Of a DNA stretch of 64,000 bases, positions 1 to 9,909 are shown one piece after another; positions within the stretch are counted from its first letter, which is position 1, and every line of letters begins with the position of its first letter. The notes under the pieces are model-generated. The model made no database searches. It had not been told where the DNA came from and was given only the letters and a program-made list of their open reading frames with translations. The stretch covers positions 90,064 through 154,063 of the forward strand of contig JAWSUS010000006.1 of NCBI GenBank assembly GCA_033549025.1, given 5' to 3'. The translations under genes and the position numbers were made by a program. The stretch comes from Desulfuromonadales bacterium. Lineage in GTDB: Bacteria; Desulfobacterota; Desulfuromonadia; Desulfuromonadales; SZUA-540.

Positions 1-2047
1 CTTGTCCCAATTCAACTACCGCCGGTGGTGCAAAGGCAAACACCATGGCGTTGCGGATTTGAGAAAACTGGCCCATGGCTCGCCCCGCTACCGCGTCCAC
101 TTTCAGGCGCGCCTCCTCTCGCAAAGCCCAGTCTTTGAGTTGAACGAAGGCCAAACCGGCGTTCTGGCCGCGTCCGGAGAAGTTGATGCCGGAAATGGTC
201 ATGATCGATTCAACCGCATCAGCCTCATCCTGAAGGAAATAGTCCCGCACCTGATCCATGACTTCCTGGGTCTGTTCCAGTGTCGAGTTGGCCGGCAGCA
301 ACGTCTGGACCATCAGGGTTCCCTGATCCTCATCCGGAAGATAGGCGGTCGGCATGCGCTGGAAGAGAAGGCCGAGACCAACGACAATCAGCCCGAAAAC
401 CAGCATGTATCGCAGCTTTTTACGCAAGGCCTGATCGACGATGCGAACGTAAATTGAGCGACTCTTGTAAAAGATTTTGTCAAACCAACGGAAAAAGGGC
501 CGCAGAAACCAGATGGCATTATCCGAGGGTTCATGACCTTTGGCGATCGGTTTGAGCATCGAAGCACAAAGAACCGGGGTCAGTACCAGGGCTACCACCA
601 CGGAAAGCATCATGGCCGAGATGATCGTCACGGAAAACTGGCGATAGATGACCCCGGTGGAGCCGCTGAAAAAAGCCATAGGACCGAATACGGCCGAGAG
701 CACCAGGCCTATGCCGATCAGGGCGCTTGAAATCTCGCCCATTGATTTATAGGTCGCTTCGCGCGGACCGACCCCCTCCTCGGCCATGATGCGCTCGACA
801 TTTTCGACTACGACGATGGCGTCATCCACCAGCAGGCCGATCGCGAGTACCATGGCGAACATGGTGAGCATGTTGATGGAAAACCCGAACAGGCCGAGGA
901 TGGCGAAGGTGCCGAGAATAACCACCGGCACCGCCATGGTGGGGATGAGGGTGGCGCGGATGTTCCCCATGAAGAGATACATCACCAGAAAGACGAGCAG
1001 GATGGCTTCAAACAGCGTCTTGACCACGCTGTCGATGGCTACCTCCACGAAGGGGGTCGTGTCATAGGGATAGACCACCTTCATGCCGGGGGGGAAATAG
1101 CGACTCATGTCATCCAGCGTGCTGCGGATGGCATCGGCGGTCTCCAGGGCATTGGCCCCAGCCGCCTGGCGAATAGCGAGACCGGCAGTCGGCATTCCGT
1201 TGTAAAACGCCTCGATGTCGTAGGATTCGGTCCCCAGTTCGGTGCGTCCCACATCGCTGATATGCACAACGGAACCATCTTCATTCACCCGCAACGGAAT
1301 GTCGGCAAATTCTTCCGGCGTCTGCAGCATACTCTGAACAATAATGCTGGCATTGAGGCGCTGCCCCTCAACCGCCGGGGCACCACCGAACTGACCGGCC
1401 GAAACCTCGACGTTGTAGGAGCGAAGAGCCGTGACGACCTCATCCACCGTCAACCGATATTCCACCAGTTTGTCGGGGTTGAGCCAGATCCGCATGGAAT
1501 ACTGGCTGCCGAAGACCTCGACCTCACCAACACCCGGCACCCGTGAGAGGGTCTTCTCCAGGTCGGATTGGGCATAGTCGCGCAAGTCGTTGCCGTCCAT
1601 GCTGCCATCTTCGGAAATCAAGCCGACAACCAGCAGGTAGTTACGGGTCGACTTACTGACCTTGACCCCCTGGCGTTGTACGACCTCCGGTAAGCTTGCC
1701 ATGGCCAACTGCAACTTGTTCTGTACCTGAGACCAGGCCATGTCGGGATCGGTTCCCGGCGCGAAGGTCAGTTCGATACGGGAAGCGCCAGCCGAGTCAC
1801 TCGTGGCCGACATGTAAAGCATTCTGTCGAAACCGGTCATCTTCTGCTCAATGACCTGGGTGACGCTGTTTTCCACGGTTTCCGCCGAAGCCCCCGGATA
1901 AAAAGACGTAATGGCGATGGAGGGTGGCGCGATGGGCGGATACTGGGAAATAGGCAGATTGTAGATCGCCAGGCCGCCGGCCACCATCATGATGATGGCG
2001 ATAACCCAGGCAAAAACCGGACGGGCAAGAAAGAATCGTGACAGCAT
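1..2047 (-). CDS. acrB: RND efflux transporter permease subunit, AcrB/MexB family (partial; 3' end lies beyond the left edge)
   Basis: Not in the ORF track. Manual translation from ATG at 2047 gives MLSRFFLARPVFAWVIAII...PISQYPPIAPP...YPGASAETVENSVTQVIEQ, and the same frame reads IRNAMVFAFAPPAVVELGQ at the window edge. Start overlaps the MFP stop (TGATG). Confidence 0.95.
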   Translation of the reverse strand, partial: MLSRFFLARPVFAWVIAIIMMVAGGLAIYNLPISQYPPIAPPSIAITSFYPGASAETVENSVTQVIEQKMTGFDRMLYMSATSDSAGASRIELTFAPGTDPDMAWSQVQNKLQLAMASLPEVVQRQGVKVSKSTRNYLLVVGLISEDGSMDGNDLRDYAQSDLEKTLSRVPGVGEVEVFGSQYSMRIWLNPDKLVEYRLTVDEVVTALRSYNVEVSAGQFGGAPAVEGQRLNASIIVQSMLQTPEEFADIPLRVNEDGSVVHISDVGRTELGTESYDIEAFYNGMPTAGLAIRQAAGANALETADAIRSTLDDMSRYFPPGMKVVYPYDTTPFVEVAIDSVVKTLFEAILLVFLVMYLFMGNIRATLIPTMAVPVVILGTFAILGLFGFSINMLTMFAMVLAIGLLVDDAIVVVENVERIMAEEGVGPREATYKSMGEISSALIGIGLVLSAVFGPMAFFSGSTGVIYRQFSVTIISAMMLSVVVALVLTPVLCASMLKPIAKGHEPSDNAIWFLRPFFRWFDKIFYKSRSIYVRIVDQALRKKLRYMLVFGLIVVGLGLLFQRMPTAYLPDEDQGTLMVQTLLPANSTLEQTQEVMDQVRDYFLQDEADAVESIMTISGINFSGRGQNAGLAFVQLKDWALREEARLKVDAVAGRAMGQFSQIRNAMVFAFAPPAVVELGQ

Positions 2048-3261
2048 CAGACCCCTCCCTCTTTGCGGGTGGTGGACGCCTGTCCAATGGCTTCGATGAC
2101 ACTTTCGTCTTCATCCTGAATGAGCTCCACCTCCACCCGATCGCCGGGGCGCACTTTCTGCAAGCCTTCCACAATGAGATGTTCACCCACAGACAGGCCG
2201 GAGACAATGAGCCATTGGTCCCCTATGGCTCGCCCTACCTCCAGTTGCCTCTGCTCCACCTTGCCCTCTTTGTTTGCCACCATAGCCACTGCCTCCCCTT
2301 TGGGATTGCGGGCTACCCCTTGCTGCGGCACCAGAATGGCCTGGTCCATGGTTCCTTCTTTGACTACGGCTCTTACGAACATGCCGGGCAAAAGGAGGCG
2401 ATCGGGGTTGGGGAAGAGCGTACGCAAAATAACCGAACCGGTACTCGGGTCGACACTGACATCGGAAAATTGCAGGCGACCGGTATGGGGATAGGGTTCC
2501 GCTGTTTCCAGGCGCAGAGAAACCTCGGCTGACTCAGGGCCTCCGTTGGTCAATCGACCGCCGGCCAGCTTCTGTTTAAGACTGAGAAGTTCCGAAGTGG
2601 AGCGGGTGACGTCGACATAGATCGGATCCAGTTGGTGGATCACCGCCAAGGCCGCAGGCTGGTTGGCTGTCACCAGGGCGCCAACCGTTACGGCGGAGCG
2701 CCCTATATGGCCGGATATGGGAGCCTTGACTTCCGTGTAGCCGAGATTGATGCGGGCGCTTTCCAACGCGGCCCGGGCAGCTTCCACCTGTGCTTCGGCT
2801 TGACCAAGGCCTGCCTGGGTATCATCGTACTCTTGCTTGCTGACCGCATTGACATCGACCAGTTCACCGTAACGCTTTTCCCGCAAACGTATCGTTCTGA
2901 GGTCGGCTTCTGCACGAGCCAGTTCAGCCTTGGCCCGGTTGTAGGCAGCCTGGTACGTCGCCGGATCGATCAGATAGAGGAGTTGCCCGGCTTTGACGTC
3001 TTCACCTTCAGTAAAAAATCGCTGTTTGATGATGCCGGTAACCTGAGGGCGTACCTCGGCCACCTTGAAGGCCGCAGTACGCCCAGGGAGTTCTGTTGAC
3101 AACGATACGCTGCGAACGCTGACATTAACGGCGCCAACCTTGGGTGCTGCCGGGGCTGCCTGTCCGGATGACTGGGGTTCACCCGTTCGCTGGCATCCGA
3201 AAAGGGCCAGGGAGAGCGCTATGAAAAGAAAAATTCCGCATCCTGTTAATTTTTTTTGCAT
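2047..3261 (-). CDS. acrA: RND efflux periplasmic adaptor (MFP) lipoprotein, AcrA/MexA family
   Basis: Lipobox LFGC; motifs ELPGRT..AEVRPQVTGII, APISGHIGRS, VDPSTGSV, LLPGMFV. Confidence 0.95.
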   Translation of the reverse strand: MQKKLTGCGIFLFIALSLALFGCQRTGEPQSSGQAAPAAPKVGAVNVSVRSVSLSTELPGRTAAFKVAEVRPQVTGIIKQRFFTEGEDVKAGQLLYLIDPATYQAAYNRAKAELARAEADLRTIRLREKRYGELVDVNAVSKQEYDDTQAGLGQAEAQVEAARAALESARINLGYTEVKAPISGHIGRSAVTVGALVTANQPAALAVIHQLDPIYVDVTRSTSELLSLKQKLAGGRLTNGGPESAEVSLRLETAEPYPHTGRLQFSDVSVDPSTGSVILRTLFPNPDRLLLPGMFVRAVVKEGTMDQAILVPQQGVARNPKGEAVAMVANKEGKVEQRQLEVGRAIGDQWLIVSGLSVGEHLIVEGLQKVRPGDRVEVELIQDEDESVIEAIGQASTTRKEGGV

Positions 3262-3326
3262 GAGACACCTCTGTAATGAAGATAAGCCCCGGCAGAAGCC
3301 GGTGGACGACGTGGCCTGGTTTATGA

Positions 3327-3899
3327 TTATTTGCGGACGGCATCCCAGCAGGCGGCCACCGTCTGGTCGATCAAAGATTCATTCAACACAATAAAACCGA
3401 GATCCTGGTCCCGGATCAGGCAGATCAAGGGACCAAAAAACAGAGCGCAAAGGATTTCGATGGGTAGGGGTTTGAGCGCTTTTTCTTTCAGGGCTTCCAT
3501 CAGAATGTCGTGCAGAAAGCCTGATCCTGAGGGGCCCAGCAGGCGATCTCGGCGATAGGTCACGCCGAAAGGCGAATTCTGAAATTGTTCCAAAAAGCGA
3601 AAATCCATGGGAGCCTGCTGGCAGTAATCCATAAAGAAACGGCCAATATGAAAAAAACGCTCCTGCATGAGCAGATCTGTTGGCAAATTCTTCGTCATCG
3701 CTGATTGAAACCGGTGTTCCAGGGTTTCGTACAAAGCGTGAATCAGGCTTTCTTTGCTGTGAAAGCAGCGGTAAATCGTGCCCATGGCGATCTGAGCCTG
3801 ACTGGCAATGACCGACATTGGCGAATCGTGAAAACCATGAATGGAGATAACCTCCAAGGCGGCCTGCAGGATTTTTTCCGGTCTGTCATTCGTGTGCAT
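3327..3899 (-). CDS. TetR/AcrR family transcriptional regulator
   Basis: N-terminal HTH (ILQAALEVISIHGFH...IASQAQIAMGTIYRCFHSKESL); directly upstream of the RND genes. Confidence 0.9.
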   Translation of the reverse strand: MHTNDRPEKILQAALEVISIHGFHDSPMSVIASQAQIAMGTIYRCFHSKESLIHALYETLEHRFQSAMTKNLPTDLLMQERFFHIGRFFMDYCQQAPMDFRFLEQFQNSPFGVTYRRDRLLGPSGSGFLHDILMEALKEKALKPLPIEILCALFFGPLICLIRDQDLGFIVLNESLIDQTVAACWDAVRK

Positions 3900-3919
3900 A
3901 AACCAAACCTTTAATTAAT

Positions 3920-3933
3920 TGACTAGTCAGTCA
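3920..3933. promoter_or_regulatory. Putative TetR operator TGACT-N4-AGTCA upstream of the first tetR
   Basis: TGACTAGTCAGTCA with palindromic arms; one mismatch from the reverse complement of the site at 4560-4573. Confidence 0.65.
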
Positions 3934-3978
3934 AAAAAAGACCGAACCATTTAGACGGTCGACAGTTTTACGGCAAGT

Positions 3979-4545
3979 TTAACTCTTCAGGGCGTCCCAG
4001 CAGGAAGAGATGGTTAACTGAACCATCTCGTCATCGACGGGGGTACCGCGATTGGCGTGTTCTTTGGCCAGCGAAGACAGGGGGCCAAAGGCTAGCGCCT
4101 CAAGGCACAGAAGGGGGATGTTTTTAATGATGCGCTGTTCGCGAGCTTGCAGGAGCAGGGTGTGAAAGAGCTGATTTTCCTCACGAAAGCCCTGACCTTG
4201 ATCGTTGAGAGGGGAATAATGATAGAGTTCAGCGAATTTGAATTCGGCCGGGTTGGTGAGGAAATAACGCAGAAGGTTAAGCAACATGCGGTGGAGTCGT
4301 TCCTGAGTGGAGAGGTCGGCGGAAACATCTTTCAAAACCTCAGAATCAATTCTTTCACGAATTTCTTTGAACAGAGAATGGATCAGTTCCTCTTTGCTTT
4401 TGAAATGAAAGAAAAGTGTGCCACTGGCCACACCGGCTCTTTCGGCGATGAGAGCGGTAGAGGCCCCGTTGAAACCGTTTTCGGCAAAAAGCTCCAAAGC
4501 CGCCTGGAGCAGGGCGCGACGTTTTTGTTCCTTTTTCCCTGACAT
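3979..4545 (-). CDS. TetR/AcrR family transcriptional regulator
   Basis: HTH (LLQAALELFAENGFNG..IAERAGVASGTLFFHFKSKEEL). Start moved to ATG 4545, which has a GGAG RBS and a promoter just upstream. Confidence 0.9.
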   Translation of the reverse strand: MSGKKEQKRRALLQAALELFAENGFNGASTALIAERAGVASGTLFFHFKSKEELIHSLFKEIRERIDSEVLKDVSADLSTQERLHRMLLNLLRYFLTNPAEFKFAELYHYSPLNDQGQGFREENQLFHTLLLQAREQRIIKNIPLLCLEALAFGPLSSLAKEHANRGTPVDDEMVQLTISSCWDALKS

Positions 4546-4559
4546 AAAATCTCCAAAAA

Positions 4560-4605
4560 TGACTGACCAGTCAATTAAAATATGGACGATCAATCCTTTT
4601 GTCAA
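4560..4605 (-). promoter_or_regulatory. sigma70 promoter (TTGACA-N17-TATTTT) followed by a TetR operator (TGACTGGTCAGTCA)
   Basis: -35 at 4600-4605, -10 at 4577-4582, palindrome at 4560-4573 around the expected +1. Confidence 0.7.
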
Positions 4606-4684
4606 GACAAAATTCAACTGGCCTAAAACCTTTTGACTTCACGGTGTTCTCCATTGGCTGGAGTTTTACCCCAGCAGGAAGGCC

Positions 4685-5284
4685 TCACGGAGATGATTTC
4701 TGCATGAGGACCGTACTGAATTCATCCAGCATTCGGTTGCGGATAACTTGACAGCCGAGCCGTTCGTACTTCTGGCGAACGTCATAGTTATATTCCCAGA
4801 GCATCCCAGACAATAGAATATGAGCGCCTGGAGCCGCTTTTGGCACAAGCGCGTCAGCAACGGCGAGGAGAATGTCGCCATAGATGTTCGCCAGAATGAG
4901 GTCAAAAGATCCGGCGGCAACCTGGTCCAGAGTGCCGCACAGGTGATCAATTTTATCAACGACGCCGTTGAGATGACTGTGGTGTTGGCAGGTGGCGACC
5001 GCCGCTGGATCGATATCGACACAAAGTGCGTGGGATGCCCCGAGTTTGAGGGCCGCGATGGCCAGAATGCCGGTGCCGCTGCCCAAATCGAGCAGGGTTT
5101 TTCCGGACAGATCGGGTAGGTCCTCCAGGATTTCCAGGCAACTGGCGGTGGTTTCATGTTCGCCCGATCCGAAGGCTCCGGAAGCCATAACCAAGGGCAG
5201 ACGGTCCTCCTGAACTGGGGTATCGTCAGGGGGGTGAATACGAAAACGGTGTCCTACGGTAAAGGGGGCGTACTCGCGTCCCAT
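4685..5284 (-). CDS. PrmA-like (L11 methyltransferase family) class I SAM methyltransferase, short form
   Basis: GAFGSGEHETT, LDLGSGTGILAI, DLILANI, LLSG motifs. About 200 aa, lacking the PrmA N-terminal domain. ATG 5284 has an AAAGGA RBS. Confidence 0.75.
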   Translation of the reverse strand: MGREYAPFTVGHRFRIHPPDDTPVQEDRLPLVMASGAFGSGEHETTASCLEILEDLPDLSGKTLLDLGSGTGILAIAALKLGASHALCVDIDPAAVATCQHHSHLNGVVDKIDHLCGTLDQVAAGSFDLILANIYGDILLAVADALVPKAAPGAHILLSGMLWEYNYDVRQKYERLGCQVIRNRMLDEFSTVLMQKSSP

Positions 5285-5313
5285 AAAGGAATATCCTTTC
5301 AAGGTGATCCAAT

Positions 5314-6324
5314 TCAGGTCACACAGATAAAGTCGTGCTGATCCTTGAAGCCGTTTCGATCAGCCCACTGACGGATTTGCTGCCGAGCGCCGGCGGCACC
5401 AACCGTAATGAGCATTTTGCCTTGATCCGTCCGAAGTTCTGTGGGGGCGATGACCGGGGCCCCATGGATGGTCTGGCCCACTTTGCGAGGATCGATATCC
5501 ACCCAGCGTGCCACGTGAATTCCCTGGCGCAGCAGAACCTTCCGCCAGGCTTTGCCTTCGAGCCCGGCGCCCCAGAGAGTAACCTCCCGCTGGCCCCTTA
5601 AGTAGTCCTGACAGAGATAGTGGATTTTGCAGTCCCGCATAGCGGTCAGCGTACAGTTCGCGGCCGTACGGGTCAGTCTGTCGGGGCGGTCTCGCCAGTA
5701 GAAGAGGGTGCCGGGCAGGCGCGCAAAGCGGGCACCGGCGCGGATAAGACGAAGCCAGAGATCGTAGTCTTCCGCCCAGGGCAGCGCACGATAGCCGCCC
5801 GCCTCCAGGACCGCCTGACGTCGGAACATGACGCTGGGATGGGCCAGGGGGGACTCGACGTAGCGGTCGCGCTGAATATCGTCATGCGTGAGCAGGCTGT
5901 TTTGCCAGGCCTCGTAGGTTTTCATCCCCTCCGAAAGTTGGGGCCTAGGAAAATGTCGTATCTGGCAGGAGACGACAGCCACCTCGGGATGGTGTTGCAT
6001 ATACGCGTGCTGAGCGAACAGCCGCTGCGGGTGGCAGATGTCGTCCCCATCCATGCGGGCTACCAGAGGGGCGCGGCACTTTTCAAGTCCGAGATTGAGC
6101 GCATCGACAAGGCCCAAAGCGGGCTGTTTTACAACGTGAATTTTATCCGGGTACGTCTGCCTCGCCTGGGCAAGGATTTCTGGAGTACGGTCAGTGGAGC
6201 CGTCGTCCACGACTACAAGCTCCCAGTTGGGTAGGGACTGTCTGAATATGGAAGCGAGGGCGGCGGGCAGAAAACGTTCCTCGTTACGCACGGCCAGCAG
6301 GAGCGATACAGCGGGAGATGTCAT
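5314..6324 (-). CDS. Glycosyltransferase family 2 protein
   Basis: VVVDDGSTD, RMDGDD (DxD), HPSVMFR, EDYDLWLR motifs; extra C-terminal WGAGLEG domain. Confidence 0.9.
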   Translation of the reverse strand: MTSPAVSLLLAVRNEERFLPAALASIFRQSLPNWELVVVDDGSTDRTPEILAQARQTYPDKIHVVKQPALGLVDALNLGLEKCRAPLVARMDGDDICHPQRLFAQHAYMQHHPEVAVVSCQIRHFPRPQLSEGMKTYEAWQNSLLTHDDIQRDRYVESPLAHPSVMFRRQAVLEAGGYRALPWAEDYDLWLRLIRAGARFARLPGTLFYWRDRPDRLTRTAANCTLTAMRDCKIHYLCQDYLRGQREVTLWGAGLEGKAWRKVLLRQGIHVARWVDIDPRKVGQTIHGAPVIAPTELRTDQGKMLITVGAAGARQQIRQWADRNGFKDQHDFICVT

Positions 6325-7265
6325 AGTCCCAGGCTGCGCAGTATAAAAAGGGCGACGCTGTAGGTGAGGGCCGATAGCAGGGTGGACATCATGACGATAG
6401 AGCCGGCCAGTTCGGCATCGCCTTTCATCTGGTGGGCCATGATGTAGGTCGCGGTGGCGGCGGGGGTTCCTGCCATCAGCACCCCGATCCCCAAATCCAT
6501 GCCCCGAATCCCCATGCCGTAAAGCAAAAAGGCCCCCAGCAGAGGCAGCCAGACGATTTTAATGCCCGTGGCGAAGGCGGCCCGCACGAGATCTCCTTTG
6601 AGCTTTTCGAGGGAGAATGAGCCACCGATGGCGATCAGGGCCAAAGGCAGGGTCATACCGGTGGCGATATCGAGACTGCGGTCCAGAATAATCGGCATCG
6701 GCAGGCCAAAAAAGCTCCAGGCAATGCCGGCAAAGGAGGCGATGATGAGGGGATTGAGAGCGACCTGCTTCACCCAGAAGGACAGTCCCCGGTCGCCATC
6801 TTGCCCTCGGTGAGGCAGCAGCAGGGCGAGAATGGCGAAAAAATTGAGAACGGGCACCAGAAAACCGGTGAGAATGCCCGCCCGCGTGAAGCCTTCAGGG
6901 CCATAGGCGTTGAAAACTATCGCCAATCCCATATAAGCCAGATTGCCGCGAAAAGAGCCCTGGCTGAATGATCCCGCTGCTTCGGGAGGATAGCGGCGAA
7001 TGAGGGCGTAGCCGTAGGAGGCGAAGAAACCGATGGCAATGATGAGGGCGGACCCGATGACGAGCCTGCCATTGAAATTACTGAAGAAATCGGCAGTGCC
7101 GATTTTGTAGAAAAGTAGCAGGGGCAGACAGATGTAGTAGACGAGACGGTTAGTCTGGAAGAGAAAGGTCGCATCGATCAGGTCGAGACGCTTCAGGCCA
7201 TACCCCAACAGAATGACCAGAAACACCGGTACGACAATAACAAGAATTTCCAGGAAAAGGGACAC
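6321..7265 (-). CDS. AEC (auxin efflux carrier) family membrane transporter
   Basis: About 10 hydrophobic segments; RGNLAYMGL, NPLIIAS, LPLALIAIG, TPAAT motifs; GTG start. Confidence 0.85.
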   Translation of the reverse strand: MSLFLEILVIVVPVFLVILLGYGLKRLDLIDATFLFQTNRLVYYICLPLLLFYKIGTADFFSNFNGRLVIGSALIIAIGFFASYGYALIRRYPPEAAGSFSQGSFRGNLAYMGLAIVFNAYGPEGFTRAGILTGFLVPVLNFFAILALLLPHRGQDGDRGLSFWVKQVALNPLIIASFAGIAWSFFGLPMPIILDRSLDIATGMTLPLALIAIGGSFSLEKLKGDLVRAAFATGIKIVWLPLLGAFLLYGMGIRGMDLGIGVLMAGTPAATATYIMAHQMKGDAELAGSIVMMSTLLSALTYSVALFILRSLGL

Positions 7266-7437
7266 GGTAATCTCCTCTAATGAAGGCTGTCAGGATACAT
7301 GAACCCCTTTTACTCTGTCCAATATAAATTGCCAACCCAAAGCAGCCCGGTCGGGGAGCCTTCCCAAGGTTGATGGAACGGGCAGGGAAATTTCTGTCAG
7401 GGAAAATTCTTGCGATTGTCGGGGGTATGAATTAAAA

Positions 7438-8547
7438 ATGGTGACCATGAAAAATTACCCGCGGTTTCGCCTGGTGACGATTGTTGCGCTGGTTCTTGTG
7501 GTCACCTCCATGCATTATCTGACCACGACCCATCGCCACGAATATCACGATATTTATCGACGTCTCTACTATATTCCCATTGTGCTGGGAGGGATGTGGT
7601 ACGCCCTGCGCGGCGGTCTGCTGACCTCGATGACCGTTTCGATTCTCTATCTTCCCCATGTTCTCATCCAGTGGAGTCATCATCCGCAAATTCGTCTGGA
7701 ACAGTATCTTGAGATTCTGCTGTATAATTTGATCGGCCTTTTGACCGGGTATCTGACGTCCAAAAAAAACGAACAGCAGGATCGCTATCAGCAGACAGCA
7801 GAGCAATTGCGCGAAAGCTACAGCGAGCTGAAGAACAAGGCCGACCAGATTCTGGAAATCGAGGAGCAGCTGCGTCGGGCTGACCGCCTTTCCGCTCTGG
7901 GCGAGCTGTCTGCCGGTATGGCCCATGAAATCCGCAATCCCCTTGGCTCCATTCGGGGTACGGCGGAAATTATTCAGGAAGGGATGGACCCGACGGATCG
8001 CCGCTACGAATTCAGCCGCATTATGATTCAGGAAGTGGATCGCCTGAACCGCGTGGTGCAGGATTTTCTCGATTTTGCCCGTCCGGCGCCCCTCGATCGG
8101 GATCGGGTGGATGTCAATGCGGCTCTGGCCGACATCCTTATTCTGGTCCGGCAAAAGGCCTCCGCCGCCGGCATCGACATCACTTTTCCGGTTGAGGGCC
8201 ATCTTTATGTCTCCGGCAAAGAGGAGCATCTCAAGCAGGCATTTCTCAACCTTACCCTCAATGCCTTGCAGGCCATGCCGGAAGGGGGGACGCTCGATAT
8301 TCGTACCGGTCGGTCCGGGGCTGAAATCGAAATCCGGTTCAGCGATACGGGGGCCGGCATCCCTTCGGAAAACCTCGACAAAATCTTCAACCCCTTTTTC
8401 ACCACCCGGGAAAAGGGAACAGGTCTGGGACTGGCTATTTCCGCTCGCATTATCCAGGGACATGGCGGACGCATCACCGTGGACAGCCAGCCCGGGACAG
8501 GCACGACCTTCACCCTTTGCCTTCCAGCCATGGATGGTCAGGAGTAA
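7438..8547 (+). CDS. Membrane sensor histidine kinase (NtrB/ZraS-like)
   Basis: N-terminal TM segments; H-box MAHEIRNPL; N-box NLTLNALQA; DTGAGI; FNPFFTT; GTGLGL. Confidence 0.93.
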   Translation: MVTMKNYPRFRLVTIVALVLVVTSMHYLTTTHRHEYHDIYRRLYYIPIVLGGMWYALRGGLLTSMTVSILYLPHVLIQWSHHPQIRLEQYLEILLYNLIGLLTGYLTSKKNEQQDRYQQTAEQLRESYSELKNKADQILEIEEQLRRADRLSALGELSAGMAHEIRNPLGSIRGTAEIIQEGMDPTDRRYEFSRIMIQEVDRLNRVVQDFLDFARPAPLDRDRVDVNAALADILILVRQKASAAGIDITFPVEGHLYVSGKEEHLKQAFLNLTLNALQAMPEGGTLDIRTGRSGAEIEIRFSDTGAGIPSENLDKIFNPFFTTREKGTGLGLAISARIIQGHGGRITVDSQPGTGTTFTLCLPAMDGQE

Positions 8548-8550
8548 GCC

Positions 8551-9909
8551 TTGGCAGATAAGACGATTTTACTGATTGACGATGATGTCTCCTTGAGACG
8601 TGTTATGGAATTTACCCTGCAGGAAGCAGGGTATCGCGTACTGACCGCCCCCGACGGGACTTCGGGTTTGCGTCAATTCGAGGAACAGAAGCCGGCTTTG
8701 GTCATTACGGACATCCAGATGCCGGGACTCTCCGGCTACGATGTTCTCAAGCGCGTCAAAGAGCTGAGTCCCGAAACCCTGGTCCTTGTCATCACCGCCT
8801 TCGGCACGGTGGAGAAAGCGGTCGAGGCGATGAAGCTCGGGGCCTACGATTACCTGACCAAGCCTTTCGGTCGGGAGGAGTTGCGCCTTACCGTAGAAAA
8901 GGCGCTGTCTTTTCGGGGATTGAAAGAGGAAAACCTGCGCCTGAAGGAGCAGATCTCCCATCAGGCCGATTTTAGCCGCCTGGTGGGGACTTCCGATAAA
9001 ATGCAGCACGTCTTCGACCTGGTGCGTCGGGTGGCGCCGACGGAAGCCAATGTGCTGATCACCGGGGAGAGCGGCACCGGCAAAGAGCTGATAGCCCAGG
9101 CGATTCATCGCAGCAGTGAACGTCATGCCGGGCCTTTTGTGGCCGTCAACTGTGCGGCTATTCCGGCAGATCTCCTCGAAAGCGAACTTTTCGGCCATGT
9201 CAAGGGGGCCTTTACCGGGGCGATCAAAGACCGGAAAGGCAAGTTTGAACAGGCCAATGGCGGCACGCTCTTTCTGGACGAAGTGGGTGACATGCCCCTC
9301 GATCTGCAGCCCAAACTCCTGCGGGCGTTGCAGGAAAGGGAGATCGAACCGGTCGGCGAAGGGATACCGCGAAAAGTGGATGTACGTGTGGTCGCGGCGA
9401 CCAATCAGGACCTGGAAGCGGCCATTGCCGAGGGGAATTTTCGCGAGGATCTCTTTTACCGGCTGTCCGTCATTCCGGTTGAGCTCCCCCCCTTGCGGGC
9501 CAGGAGAGAGGACATCCCTCTGCTCGCCCGACATTTTTTGGGAAAATACGCCGGCAATGTCGCCATCACCCTGTCTGAAGAGGTACTCAGGCGTCTTTGC
9601 GACTATGACTGGCCCGGCAACGTCCGTGAATTGGAAAACACCATGGAACGCCTGACTATTCTTCGCCGCTCGAACACGATCGACGAAGAGGATTTGCCGG
9701 CGAAAATTTGCGCCATTCAGAGATCCCGCCACGCGGTTCTCCATCTTCCCGACGAGGGATATTCGCTGGAGCAGTTGGAAAAAGAGGCCGTTGAAGAAGC
9801 GCTCCGCCGCAACGACTGGAACCAGACCCGTGCTGCCGCTTTTCTGCAGATTCCCAGGCACACCCTTATTTACCGGATTGAGAAGTATGGAATTACGCGT
9901 GAAAAATAG
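8551..9909 (+). CDS. sigma54-dependent response regulator (NtrC family)
   Basis: REC (TDIQMP), Walker [31 protein letters not shown]-terminal Fis-type HTH. Confidence 0.95.
   Translation: MADKTILLIDDDVSLRRVMEFTLQEAGYRVLTAPDGTSGLRQFEEQKPALVITDIQMPGLSGYDVLKRVKELSPETLVLVITAFGTVEKAVEAMKLGAYDYLTKPFGREELRLTVEKALSFRGLKEENLRLKEQISHQADFSRLVGTSDKMQHVFDLVRRVAPTEANVLITGESGTGKELIAQAIHRSSERHAGPFVAVNCAAIPADLLESELFGHVKGAFTGAIKDRKGKFEQANGGTLFLDEVGDMPLDLQPKLLRALQEREIEPVGEGIPRKVDVRVVAATNQDLEAAIAEGNFREDLFYRLSVIPVELPPLRARREDIPLLARHFLGKYAGNVAITLSEEVLRRLCDYDWPGNVRELENTMERLTILRRSNTIDEEDLPAKICAIQRSRHAVLHLPDEGYSLEQLEKEAVEEALRRNDWNQTRAAAFLQIPRHTLIYRIEKYGITREK

Noticed and set aside
7398..7416. GG-N10-GC spacing (possible sigma54 promoter) before the sensor kinase
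   Set aside because: The -24 element (CAGGGAA) is far from TGGCAC; likely a chance match.
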